A DNA stretch of 60,929 nt, counting the filler, from an uncultured bacterium (lineage in GTDB: Bacteria; CAYJOG01), in assembly GCA_964371695.1 (NCBI GenBank). It is 7 parts of 7 records of this genome, joined end to end, with 100 filler letters (N's around TTAATTAATTAA, not from the genome) between each part and the next. Parts side by side here need not be neighbours in the genome. Positions count along the whole stretch, not along the records: positions 1 to 8,736 come from CAYJOG010000093.1; positions 8,837 to 17,566 come from CAYJOG010000094.1; 5 more parts are not named here. One strand, written 5' to 3'. The translations under genes were made by a program, and so were the position numbers. The first letter of the stretch is position 1. Every line of letters begins with the position of its first letter. Of the stretch, positions 1 through 10,372 are shown piece after piece. Under the pieces are notes generated by a model, which worked only from the letters and a program-made list of their open reading frames with translations, ran no database searches and was not told the DNA's origin.

Positions 1-72
1 CCTCGGGTTTCGCTTCGCTCAACCTTCGGCTGCCCTCTCCCTGAGGGAGAGGGCATTTCCAGGCCTCTTTGC

Positions 73-1317
73 TCACTTCTGATAGGGGTAAACCAGTTGC
101 AGCTTGCGCTGGCCCAGGCCCTGCACGGGGCGGCTGTTGAAGCCCATCACGATTTTCATGCGGTTGATCTGTGACTGGCTGGCGCTGACGGGGTCTTTCA
201 TCACATACCACTTCACGCCTTCGGTGCAGGGGGGCGTGGTGAGCGAGCCGGTGTAGTGGTAATAGGCGGTGGCCTGGGGCAGCATCTGGCGCGGGTCAAT
301 GTTTGCGCCGACAAAAGGCGTGTCTTCGCCCACCGTTTTGGGCAGGTGGCCCAGCAGGGTGTCCAGCGCCGGGTTGGCCGCCCCCGCCACAAAAAACACG
401 CCCACCACCAAAAGCTCGTTTTTGTCGTTCTTGTGTACAAAGTGAACTTCCATGGGGTAGTGCTGGCCGCCCTGGTGGTGCTCGCTGGGGGTGTGAAAGT
501 GGAGCTGCAACAGCGGCATGGTTTTTTTGTCCACCGTGGTGGTGCTGCCGGGGGCCAGTTGGGCTTGCAGGGTGTGGCCGTTGTTCAGCATCACGAGGGG
601 CGAGGGTTTCCAGGCCCGTTTCAGGTCCGGGCCGTTCTCCACCCAGGCCGAGCGCAGGTCAATGGGGGTCTGGGTCTTGCCGGTTTTGCACAGTTTGAAC
701 AGGGGCGACAGGTTGCCCCAGTTTTTGGGTCCGGCGTGGCCGTGATAGGTCCAGTGGGGTGGCTCGCCGGGTTTTTCGTGGCCGCCTTGCTGGGGAACGG
801 GGGCGGTGTAGTGCTCCAGTTGCAGGGCCTCCAGCACCGATTTCTCTTTGTTGGGAGCGGCCCAGTTGGCCTTGACGCCAAAACCCAGGTTATAGGTGAG
901 GTCCAGATTCTGTTTCTGGCTGTAACCCACCACCAGGGCGGTGACCGCTGCGGCAAACACCGTGAGCGCGCGCCCCATGCCCCCGCCAATCACCTGACTG
1001 GCCAGCAGTTCCAGCACCAGCAGGCCCGCCACGGCAATGGGCAGATAACGCAAAAAGCTCACGTAACCCTCCATGGCCTGACGGTTGACGATGAACATCT
1101 GGGCGTCCCAGCCGGTGGCCGCCAGTCCCCCCCCTTGCAGGGCCGCCGCAGCACTTAAAACAATGCTCAGGCCCAGCACCACACGCCCGGTTGTGCGCAG
1201 CGCCGGGGTGTCGGCCTTGGGCACAAGGCGCACCAGCGCGCCCAGCAAAAACAGCAGCACGCCGCCAGCGGAGAAATGCAGCAGCACCGCATGAAGCTGA
1301 AAAGGACTCAGGGACAT
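73..1317 (-). CDS. Alpha-class carbonic anhydrase fused to an N-terminal multi-pass membrane domain (DUF2231-like)
   Basis: C-terminal half has alpha-CA motifs HWTY..GPKNWG, QTPIDL, NNGHTLQ, QLHFHTPSEH, MEVHFVH, YTGSLTTPPCTEGVKW. The N-terminal ~150 aa has about 4 hydrophobic segments. Confidence 0.9.
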   Translation of the reverse strand: MSLSPFQLHAVLLHFSAGGVLLFLLGALVRLVPKADTPALRTTGRVVLGLSIVLSAAAALQGGGLAATGWDAQMFIVNRQAMEGYVSFLRYLPIAVAGLLVLELLASQVIGGGMGRALTVFAAAVTALVVGYSQKQNLDLTYNLGFGVKANWAAPNKEKSVLEALQLEHYTAPVPQQGGHEKPGEPPHWTYHGHAGPKNWGNLSPLFKLCKTGKTQTPIDLRSAWVENGPDLKRAWKPSPLVMLNNGHTLQAQLAPGSTTTVDKKTMPLLQLHFHTPSEHHQGGQHYPMEVHFVHKNDKNELLVVGVFFVAGAANPALDTLLGHLPKTVGEDTPFVGANIDPRQMLPQATAYYHYTGSLTTPPCTEGVKWYVMKDPVSASQSQINRMKIVMGFNSRPVQGLGQRKLQLVYPYQK

Positions 1318-1404
1318 TGCGGGATTAAAGCATCAAAAAGGGGGTGTTGGAAGGGCACAGAATTGGGCCCCTGGCGTGGGTCGGTTTTGTGACGGGCGAC
1401 ACAG

Positions 1405-1436
1405 CCGACCACTTTATAGAAGATTAAAGTGGTCGG
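1405..1436. promoter_or_regulatory. Perfect 12-bp inverted repeat between divergent genes (possible operator or hairpin)
   Basis: CCGACCACTTTA-tagaagat-TAAAGTGGTCGG. Confidence 0.35.
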
Positions 1437-1609
1437 GCTGCCCCATTTGGCCGATAATCCCTGAGAACTTTCCTTGGCTCTCGGCGGTGGTTTTCATGCC
1501 CAAATAGAATAAATCAGTACGAAGTGCTTGCTTTGTTGACGAAATTATCGAGAAATCGTCCCAAATAGTCCATTTTCTTAGGTCTTCTTAACCTTCAGTG
1601 AGGTGTTTC

Positions 1610-4600
1610 ATGCCACAAGCCAGTGTCCATTGTTCGACCTACAGGCGTTTTGGGTTGCTGTTCCTTTTGGTGGGACTGGTGCTGTCGGTGGGGGCTCCCG
1701 CCCGTGCGGTCACCTTTACCCTTCAGTGGACGGGTACAGAGGCAGACCCCCAGCGCGCCCTGGCGGTGGGTGACCTGGATCAGGACGGCGACCTGGACAT
1801 GGTGGCGGGCAACGGCCCCCCCAGGTTCTACAGCAACAACGGCACGGGTGTCTTTACCCTTTACAACGCCGGGGGAGCAGGCGACAACGTGTTTGACGCC
1901 GACATGGGGGACTTCAACAACGATGGCCTTCTGGACTATGTGATCGCCAACGCTGGCGGCAACCCCACGCGGGTCTACCTCAACATCGGCGGTGGCGGGC
2001 TGGCGCAAGCCTGGGCTTCACCCGAAACGGTGGACACCGTGGGCGGCGTGGCGGCGGCGGACTTCAACAACGACGGTTATCTGGACATCGTCACCGGCGC
2101 AAACGGCGGCCCCAAGCGGGTTTATCTGAACAACGCCGACGGCACCGGCGCGCTCACCCTGTTCTGGACCAGTCTTGAAACAACGGAGTCCACCCGGTCT
2201 GTGGACGTGGGCGACACCGACGGCGACGGAGACCTGGATTTTGTGGTGGGCAATACCACCGAGGCCCCGCGCCTCTACGTCAACAACGGCGATGGCACCT
2301 TCATCTCGATGTGGACAGGAAGCTTTGCCGAAGCGAACCTCAGCATTCACCTAGTGGACCTGGACGGCGACGGAGACCCGGACATCGCGGCGTCGGGCAG
2401 CAGCGTGAACAGCCGGGTTTACGAAAACGTGGGCAGCAACATGTTCAACAGCGTGTGGACCAGCGGCGAGAGCATCAACCAGGCCGAGATGGACTATGGC
2501 GACATGGACGCCGACGGCGACATGGATCTGGTGCGCACCGGCACCAGCGCCAACATCACCGTTTTTCTGAACAACGGCGCTTTCGCCTTCACGCCCGACG
2601 TGGTGGCTTCTCCCGCCGACGACACCCAGGGCGTGGAACTGGGCGACGTGAACGGCGACAACAAGCTGGACATTCTGGTGGCCAACTATTTCCAGAACTC
2701 CAAGGTTTACCTCAACACCTATGGCGGCAGCAACACCGCGCCGCCCCCGCCCACGGCCGTTCCAGAGCCAGACGGCGCGAGCGGCAGCTTCAAGCTGGAA
2801 TGGTCAAGCGGCGGTGTGGATGATCACACCCCTGCGGGCCTCATCACCTACAACCTGCGGGTGGGCACCGCGCCCATGGCGGGCGACGTGGTGTCGGCCT
2901 TTATTCCCGCTGGGCCGGGCCGGCCGGGCGGCAGCGCCCTTTCGTGGTCGCTGTATCTTTCTGACAGCGGCAGCACGCGCACCTTTTTCTGGAGCGTGCA
3001 GGCCATTGACAGCACCGGCTTCACCAAAGGCGGTTTTTCGGCAGAGGACAGTTTCACGGTGGGCGGCGCGCCAGACGTCAACCCGCCACCGGACGTGATG
3101 GCCGTGTTTGTGGACGGGCCTTTTCAGACCAGCAGCACCGATCTTTCGGCGTCGTGGATTCCGGGGGCGGACGACCCGGAAACCGGCACCGTGGCCTATG
3201 TGGTGGAAGTTGTCGACAACATTCCCAGCGTCGTTTCCTCCTCCACGGTGCTTTCGCCCAGCACCACGGTGAACTTTGCCAACCTGTCTCTTGTGCCGGG
3301 TGTGCCTTATGGTGTCAAGGTCAAGGCCAAAGACGGCGGCAACAATCTGGCTCCGGGTGTGGTCAGCCCGCCAGTGGTGGTGGAGGGCACGCCCCCCACC
3401 GGCCCCACCATGGCGACTGACGACGGCCCGAACACCAGCAACCTCACCTCGCTGAACGTGATGTGGGACGCCGCCAATGACGCGGAATCCGGCCTGTTGG
3501 GTTTTGTCCTGAACGTGGGCACGACACCCTTTGGCAGCGACGTGTTGCTGGACTTCCCAGCCATGGGCCCCAGCAGCGCCAATGTGCCGGTGTCCCTCAC
3601 GGCGGGGCTTACTTATTTCGTGAGCGTGGCCGCCCTCAACAACGCGGGCATGACGGGCAGTTATGTCACCACCGACGGCATCCTGGCCCAGACCCCGGCG
3701 GATGTGAGTCCCCCCACCGGCCCCACGTTCATCAACGACGACGGCCTGAGCACCAGCAACCTGACGGGGCTGAATGTGACGTGGGACCCCGCCAACGACC
3801 CTGAAAGCAGCATCGCCAGCTATGCCTTCAACGTGGGCATCACCCCCGGCGGGACAGAACTGCTGGCTGACTTTCTGCAACCTCCCTCGCCGCAGTCTGC
3901 ATTTATTCCTGTGGGCCTCTCGCCGGCCCAGACCTATTACGTGAGCGTGGCCGCCATCAACGGCGCGGGCCTCACCGGCAGTTATGTCACCACCGACGGC
4001 ATCCTGACCGATGGCGGCGGCGACGGCACGCCCCCCAGCGGCCCCATGTTCATCACCGACGACGGCGTGAGCACCAGCAACCTCTCTGGCCTGAGTGTGT
4101 CGNNNNNNNNNNNNNNNNNNNNNNNNNNNNNNNNNNNNNNNNNNNNNNNNNNNNNNNNNNNNNNNNNNNNNNNNNNNNNNNNNNNNNNNNNNNNNNNNNN
4201 NNCACACCCGGCGGCAGCGAACTGATGATGGATTTCATGCAGCCCCCTTTCCCTGAGGCCACGATCATTCCCGTGGGCCTCACGGCGGGCCAGACCTATT
4301 ACGTGGGTGTGGCCGCCGTCAACATGGCGGGCCTCACCGGCAGTTATGTGGGCACCGACGGCATCCTGGCCCAGACCCCAACCGACGGCACGCCCCCCAC
4401 CGGCCCCACGTTCATCACCGACGACGGCGTGAGCACCAATAACCTCTCCGGCCTGAGTGTGTCGTGGGACGCCGCAACAGACGTCGAGAGCAGCATTGCG
4501 GGTTACGTGTTCAAGGTGGGCCTCACACCCGGCGGCAGCGAACTGATGATGGATTTCATGCAGCCCCCTTTCCCTGAGACCACGGTGATTCCCGTGGGCC

Positions 4601-6213
4601 TCACGCCGGGCCAGACCTATTTTGTGAGTGTGGCCGCCGTCAACATGGCAGGCCTCACCGGCAGTTATGTGGACAGCGACGGCATTCTGGCGGGCGCCCC
4701 CGCTGGCGGAGATTCCACGCCCCCCTCGGTGGTGGCGGACATCCAGCCCATGGGCCCCTATGTGAACACCCCCGACACGCTGGTGTTCAGCTGGCTCCCG
4801 GCCACCGACATGGAAAGCCCCGTGACGGCTTACAGTGTGAGCCTGACTCTGGCTGGCGCGGGTCCCACCCTGCTGGCCGAGCTGGGCACGTCCATTCCCA
4901 CGGCCACCTTCACCGGCCTGGGCCTGAGCGAAGGCCAGACCGTTTACGCCACTGTGGTGGCCATCAACAGCGTGGGGCTGAGCAGCGACCCCGCCATGGG
5001 CGCGCCCCTCACCATTGACCTCACGCCGCCCGTGGCCACGTTGCTGATCTATCAGGTTGTCTCCTCTGGCGAAACGCTGGCCGTGGAATTGAACATCATG
5101 GGCGCCACCGACAATTTCAGCCTCACCTTGAGTTATGCCCTTGAGCGCAACACGGCGATTCTGAGTGAGGGTGTCTGCATTGATCCAGGCCCCTTCTCAC
5201 CGTTCATCGACCTGCCGCCGGACACGCTGAACACCACCGACTTCGGCGTAGCGCCGGGGGCCTGTTATGGCTATCGCCTGCTGGTGACGGATTCGGCGGG
5301 CAACGTGGCCACGGAGGATCCCGGTGTGCTGCTGGCCCTTGCCCCTGCTGGCGTGACACCCTCAGCGGACTTGGCGGGACCGGCGGGGGGCTTCATTGCT
5401 TATCCCGACGGCGAGGTGAGCCAGTCCCTGCTGCTCATCCAGTTCGCTCCGGGCACGGACCCCAGCGGCCTGTCACCCGACGCCTTCATTGATATCGCTT
5501 CCGGCCCCTATGACGGCGTGAACTGTGGCGTGATGGCCCCCTTCACGCAGTTTGCCGTGGCCGCTACCAGCCAGACAGAGGCCCCCGTCACCCTGCTGCC
5601 CAACACCTGCCACCAGTTCACCCTCATGGTGACCGACACACTGGGCAACAGCACCACCTACACCTCACCCAACATCGTGAAATTCGCCGAAGGCCCGCCG
5701 CCCGTTCTGTCGGCTCCCCTCACCCTCATGAGCACCACCGCCGATTTGGGTGCGGTCACGCCGGGCTCCATGTCCATCGAGGCTTTTGTGGGCCTCACCG
5801 CCCACGAGGCCCTGAGCAACGTGCGGGTGTTCCCCACCAGCCTCGTGGCCGCGTCCCTGCCCGTCTCCGGTATGTCGCGCTCGGCCTCTGTGGTGAGCAC
5901 CACCGGCGCAGCCAACATTCCTTTCTCCATGGTGGTGAGCGACCCCATGGTGATTCCCGCCCTCAGTGCAGGCGACACCGCCGACATTCTGGTGCGTGTG
6001 CTGGCCCCGGCAGGGTTGCCCGCCGGTCTCTACGAAGGTCTCCAGACCGTTTATTCAGACCTCAACGGCAGTTTCACGCCCGACGAAAACGAACCAGCCG
6101 CCGTGTTTCTGTTGCGGGTTTATGTGCCCGACTTTGCGGCGCTTGACCTCACCTGCCCGCTGGAAGATTTACCGCCATCAGACACCACGCCTGCAGGAGG
6201 GATCACACAATGA
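1610..6213 (+). CDS. Giant secreted protein: FG-GAP/VCBS beta-propeller, tandem FN3-like repeats and Ig-like C-terminus; one gene split by the 4103-4202 gap
   Basis: GAGGTG SD precedes ATG 1610; signal peptide ends APARA; about 7 GDxDxDGDxD motifs; ~107-aa repeats (DGTPP.GP..ITDDG..WD.A.D.ES.I..Y...VG.TPGG). Sequence after the gap resumes mid-repeat (TPGGSELMMDF). Confidence 0.8.
3380..4700 (+). repeat. Intragenic tandem repeat, period ~321 bp (FN3-like units)
   Basis: cacacccggcggcagcgaactgatgatggatttcatgcagccccctttccctgag occurs at both 4203 and 4524. The gap lies inside the array. Confidence 0.8.
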
Positions 6214-6249
6214 AAATCCCTGTGACCCCATTCGGCGCATCTTCCCTGA

Positions 6250-6432
6250 GAACCTGTTTTAAAAGTCCGTCGTGGACTTTTAAAACCCAACGCCTTCGGG
6301 GGCAAAGCCCCCTTGGCGTGGCGAAAACCTGCGCTTTTTCAAAGCTTTGGTTTTCGGATGCGGCCATCCATGGCCGCACAAGCCTGTTCAAGGCACGCCA
6401 TGTTTCACATAGCGCATTTTTAAACCAGGCTC
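6250..6432 (+). mobile_element. MITE family 1 (183 bp), flanked by a TGA direct repeat
   Basis: tga|GAACCTGTTTTAAAAGTCCGTCGTGGACTTTT...TTTAAACCAGGCTC|tga; related copies elsewhere in the window. Confidence 0.75.
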
Positions 6433-6449
6433 TGACAAAGGAAAAAACC

Positions 6450-8333
6450 ATGCCCCTCACACCCAACCAGAACCAATGGCTTGCCCGGTTTGCCTTGCCC
6501 CTGTTGCTGGCAGTGGCGCTGGGTCTGACGCAGACCGGATGCGGCGGCGGCAGCAGCAGCGTTACGGCCAAGGCCCCCACGGTGAATCAACCCGCCAGCA
6601 GCAAGGGCGTGGGCCGTGTGGCGCTGGTGGTGGACTTCCCCGCCCGCGTGGCCGCCCGTGGGGGCAGCGTGCTGCCCGCCGCACTGGAGCGCGTGTCAGT
6701 GTCGCTGCACGCCGTGTCAGCGGGGGTTGAATTGCCCGAACCGGTGCAGACACAGGAAGCCCTTCGCTCCTCTGAGGGCGGTGGCCGGGTCACCGTGAAA
6801 TTCGAGAAAGTGCGCGTGGGGCGCTACGTGGCCCGCATCACGGGGTTTGACGCCAGCGGCAACGTGCTGGTGCAAAGCGCCGAGCCGGTGGGCGTCCAGG
6901 CCGGTGTCACGGTGAGCCTGCCCGCCACCCTGGGCATCGTACACAACGACGACGGTTTCCAGCCCGCCAGCCTTTCGCTCAAACAGGGCGATCGCCTGCT
7001 GGTGCGTCAGGCTGGGAATGTACCCGGCGAGTTTTCGATAGAAGCTGCTGGCGCAATCCGGGGAAACGCCCATTGTCTGTTTGGCCCGGCTTATCTGGAA
7101 CGCACCGGGGCCATGGCCTGCACCATGACGGCGGCGGGCACGTTCACACTGCATTCGCCCGATGGCCACGTGGCCACGGTGACCGTGACCGAAGACGCTG
7201 CGGGTCTCGCCCAGGCCAAACCCAGCCTGGGGCTGCGCCGCGCCGAGGGTTTTGTGCGCGAGGGCCAACCCTTTGAAGCCCACTTCACCTTTGACCCCGC
7301 TGCGTTTCTGGACCCCGACGGCGGACCGGCCAGTTTCCCCACGGGCTACTCGCTGCGCCCCGGCGAAGGTTTGCCCACCAAGTCCGGCATCGGTGAGAAA
7401 GTGACCGTGACCTATGACGAACCGGGAGCCTATCTGGCCGAGCTGGTCAACTCCCAGGGCGAAGTGGTGGCCCAGCGGTTTGTGGGTGTTTATGAACGCC
7501 CCGAAGAACAAACGCTGCCACCGGTGGTCACGCTGGGCGCATTGCCCCAGATGGTGAGCCAGGGGTTTGTGCTGGTGAGCGGCTCGGCTCCCGCCGGAAC
7601 CTCTGTGGTGGTGCAGAACGGCGAGCACAGCCAGCAGGCCGTGGTGGGGCCAGAGGGCCAGTTCAGCACGATTGTGGAACTGGAAGCAGGCCCCAACAAC
7701 ATCACCGCCTACGCGCTGGATGCCGAAGGCATCACCGGCCCCGCCGTGAGCGCCGTGGTGTCCTTTTCGCCGCCGCCCACCCTGGGGCCGCTGGCGCAAA
7801 TTGTGCTGATCAACCCACCCACCCAGGTCACGGCGGGAGAAAGCTTCACCGTGGTTTATGAAGGCCGCGACGAAAACGGCCAGCCGGTGGCATTTGAAGG
7901 CGCGGTGAGTGTGGAGGGCGTGACTGTGACCCAACAGGGGCCAAATACCTTCACGGCGCTCACCACTGGTCTGGCCACCATCACCGTGAGCGGCCCCGGC
8001 GCGCCCACGCCGGTGCTGGCCACGTCCCAGATGAATGTTTCTCCCGGCCCCCTGGCCACATTGCGGGCCACACCGGGCAACGTCACGGTGCGCGTGGGGC
8101 AAACGGTGGCCCTCAGCGTGATGGCCAAAGACGCCCTGGGCAATGAAATCCCTGACGTGCCCCTCACCTATGAACTGGTGGGGCCGCTGGATGGCCTGGA
8201 CCCGCTCACCGGCTCGTTCACACCCATGCAGCCCGGTTATGGTGCGGTGCGCATCAGCTCAGGCGGCGTGAGCGCCAACCTGTGCGTGAGCGTGAATCCC
8301 CCGCCCAGCCAAACCCCCAGCGGCGGTATCTAA
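6450..8333 (+). CDS. Lipoprotein with Ig-like (Big_2/PKD-like) domains; alternative coupled start at 6210
   Basis: AAGGA SD before ATG 6450; hydrophobic stretch and lipobox-like TQTG-C followed by GGGSSS; beta-rich modules such as LRATPGNVTVRVGQTVALSVMAKDALGNEI. Confidence 0.75.
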   Translation: MPLTPNQNQWLARFALPLLLAVALGLTQTGCGGGSSSVTAKAPTVNQPASSKGVGRVALVVDFPARVAARGGSVLPAALERVSVSLHAVSAGVELPEPVQTQEALRSSEGGGRVTVKFEKVRVGRYVARITGFDASGNVLVQSAEPVGVQAGVTVSLPATLGIVHNDDGFQPASLSLKQGDRLLVRQAGNVPGEFSIEAAGAIRGNAHCLFGPAYLERTGAMACTMTAAGTFTLHSPDGHVATVTVTEDAAGLAQAKPSLGLRRAEGFVREGQPFEAHFTFDPAAFLDPDGGPASFPTGYSLRPGEGLPTKSGIGEKVTVTYDEPGAYLAELVNSQGEVVAQRFVGVYERPEEQTLPPVVTLGALPQMVSQGFVLVSGSAPAGTSVVVQNGEHSQQAVVGPEGQFSTIVELEAGPNNITAYALDAEGITGPAVSAVVSFSPPPTLGPLAQIVLINPPTQVTAGESFTVVYEGRDENGQPVAFEGAVSVEGVTVTQQGPNTFTALTTGLATITVSGPGAPTPVLATSQMNVSPGPLATLRATPGNVTVRVGQTVALSVMAKDALGNEIPDVPLTYELVGPLDGLDPLTGSFTPMQPGYGAVRISSGGVSANLCVSVNPPPSQTPSGGI

Positions 8334-8491
8334 ACACCGCGACATAAAAAATGCCGCATGCTTGAGAAACAGGCAGATGGAGAGGGAGGGCTTTTCCATT
8401 ACCCTCGCCCGCGCTCCAGCGTGGGAGAGGGTGGTTTTGACTGGCGACGCCAGTCAAAACCGGGTGAGGGCCACGTTTGTTTGGCACATAA

Positions 8492-8674
8492 GAGCCTGTT
8501 TATAAATTGCGCCATGTGAAACATGGTGTAATTTGAACAGGCTCTTGCGGGCCATGGATGGCCCGCTCCAAAAGCCGAAGTGTTGAAAACACTGAGGTTT
8601 TTGCCCGCCAAGGAGGCTTTGCCTCCGCTGGCGGTAAGTTTATAAAGTCCAGGATGGACTTTATAAACAGGCTC
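8492..8674 (-). mobile_element. MITE family 1 (183 bp), flanked by a TAA direct repeat
   Basis: taa|GAGCCTGTTTATAAA...TTTATAAACAGGCTC|taa. Confidence 0.8.
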
Positions 8675-8736
8675 TAAAGCAACCCTTGTTTTTTGCGGGC
8701 AAGGGCACAGCCCTCACCCGGTATTGACCAAGCCCG

Positions 8737-8836
8737 NNNNNNNNNNNNNNNNNNNNNNNNNNNNNNNNNNNNNNNNNNNNTTAATTAATTAANNNNNNNN
8801 NNNNNNNNNNNNNNNNNNNNNNNNNNNNNNNNNNNN
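8737..8836. other. Artificial contig linker (also at 17567, 26267, 34961, 43649, 52303)
   Basis: N-run, TTAATTAATTAA (stops in all six frames), N-run; 100 nt each. Confidence 0.97.
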
Positions 8837-8837
8837 T

Positions 8838-10175
8838 TTACCCCAGCCTCGCCATCAGGTCATAGGCGTCGGCTTTGGTGACGGTGGCGGTGACAAAATC
8901 CCCCTCTTTCACCGCCGGGCGCTGCTTTAGCGAAATCCACGTGTCGCCGTCAATTTCGTGGGCCTGACCATAAAACCGGGCCTGGGCCATGCCGCCCTCG
9001 ATGTGGTCCACCAAAAAGGTGAACTGCCTGCCTTTGAACCGCCGGGCCGCGCGCGCCGCAATGGGCTGCTGATGGGCCATGAGGCGCTCATAACGCTCCT
9101 GCCTGCGACTGGCTGACACCTGAGCTTTCATGGAACCGGAGGGTGTGTTTTCTTCGCGGCTGAAGGTGAAGGCCCCCACCCTGTCAAATTCCATTTCGGT
9201 CAAAAAATCCAGCAGACGCTGAAAATCGTCTTCGGTCTCACCCGGAAACCCCACGATGAACGTGGTACGCAGCACCACGCCGGGCACGGTCTGGCGAATC
9301 TGCGCCAGCAACTGCCGGGTGGCCTCAACATTGGCCGGGCGTTTCATGGCCCGCAGAATTTTTTCGCTGGCGTGTTGCAGGGGCATGTCCACATAGGGCA
9401 ACAGGCGCGGGTTTTCGGCCATCAACTGCATCAACCCTTCGGTGAAAAAAGAAGGATAGTTGTAGAGCAGGCGAATCCAGGGAATGTCCGTTTCGTCCAG
9501 CAGGCGACGCAGGAGTTTTTCCAGATTCCAGCCCCCCGGCACGTCGCGGCCATAACTGGTGAGGTCCTGGGCAATGAGGTTGAGTTCCTTCACGCCCTGG
9601 GTTTGCAGCCACCGGGCCTCTTTGATGAGCGCCGGTGCGGCGGTGGACACCTGCCTGCCCCGCATGAGCGGAATGCTGCAAAAGGTGCAGGTCTGGTTGC
9701 AGCCTTCGCTGATTTTCAGATAACTGAAGTGCCGGGGCGTGGTGAGCAGGCGCGGCGCGAAGGAAGGCCGCTTCATGGGCGGCGGGGCCTGGCCAAAATG
9801 CGCGTCCAGCAGGTCGCCCAGTTTTTCTTCTTCGGCGATGTTCAAAAGGTGGTCCACTTCGGGGATTTCACGTTTCAGATCCTGGCGGTATTGCTCCACC
9901 AGACACCCCACCACCACCAGCATTTCCAGTTGGCCCGACTTTTTCAGTTCCGCCATTTCCAGAATGGTGTTGATGCTCTGCTCTTTGGCGCTCTGAATGA
10001 AACCGCAGGTGTTGATGACCACCGCACGGGCTTTTTCCAGCGGCGCGTTCACCTCATATCGCCCGCTCAATGCCGCCAGAAACCGCTCGGTGTCCACCAG
10101 TGTTTTGGCGCACCCCAGGCTCACGTGGCTCACGGGCACGGGGGCAACGGCGCGATTGGGTGCGGCTTGGGCCAT
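8838..10175 (-). CDS. rimO: Ribosomal protein S12 methylthiotransferase
   Basis: SLGCAKTLVD, INTCGFIQSAKEQSI, YLKISEGCNQTCTFCSIP (radical SAM), LRTTFIVGFPGET, C-terminal TRAM-like AHEIDG. Confidence 0.95.
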   Translation of the reverse strand: MAQAAPNRAVAPVPVSHVSLGCAKTLVDTERFLAALSGRYEVNAPLEKARAVVINTCGFIQSAKEQSINTILEMAELKKSGQLEMLVVVGCLVEQYRQDLKREIPEVDHLLNIAEEEKLGDLLDAHFGQAPPPMKRPSFAPRLLTTPRHFSYLKISEGCNQTCTFCSIPLMRGRQVSTAAPALIKEARWLQTQGVKELNLIAQDLTSYGRDVPGGWNLEKLLRRLLDETDIPWIRLLYNYPSFFTEGLMQLMAENPRLLPYVDMPLQHASEKILRAMKRPANVEATRQLLAQIRQTVPGVVLRTTFIVGFPGETEDDFQRLLDFLTEMEFDRVGAFTFSREENTPSGSMKAQVSASRRQERYERLMAHQQPIAARAARRFKGRQFTFLVDHIEGGMAQARFYGQAHEIDGDTWISLKQRPAVKEGDFVTATVTKADAYDLMARLG

Positions 10176-10196
10176 GGCGGGGGAGTTTATCCCTTA

Positions 10197-10344
10197 GAAC
10201 CTGTTTTAAAAGTCCATCGTGGACTTTTAAAACCCAACGCCTTCGGGGGCAAAGCCCCCTTGGCGTGGTGAAAACCTCCGGTTTTCGGGGCAGTCCATCC
10301 ATGGCCTGCAAAAGCCACCTCATAAGGGTTTATGAGGTGGCTTC
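10197..10344 (+). mobile_element. Chimeric MITE: family-1 left end and family-2-like right end
   Basis: GAACCTGTTTTAAAAGTCCATCGTGGACTTTT...AAGCCACCTCATAAgggtTTATGAGGTGGCTTC. Confidence 0.6.
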
Positions 10345-10372
10345 CAGCGGCGATTTATACTCTGGATTACCA

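Noticed and set aside
6295-6345. GGCAAAGCC / GCGAAAACC resembling a c-di-GMP riboswitch
   Set aside because: Lies inside the MITE, and the stem order does not fit the GEMM architecture.
8781-8792. TTAATTAATTAA recurring every ~8.7 kb
   Set aside because: Synthetic six-frame-stop spacer inside N-runs joining size-sorted contigs. It is not biological, so cross-linker synteny was not interpreted.
10070-10372. N-terminal extensions of flhB, pilB (32503), helicase (40892) and ankyrin (37093) in the ORF track
   Set aside because: They run through MITEs or overlap neighbouring genes; downstream starts match family N-termini.
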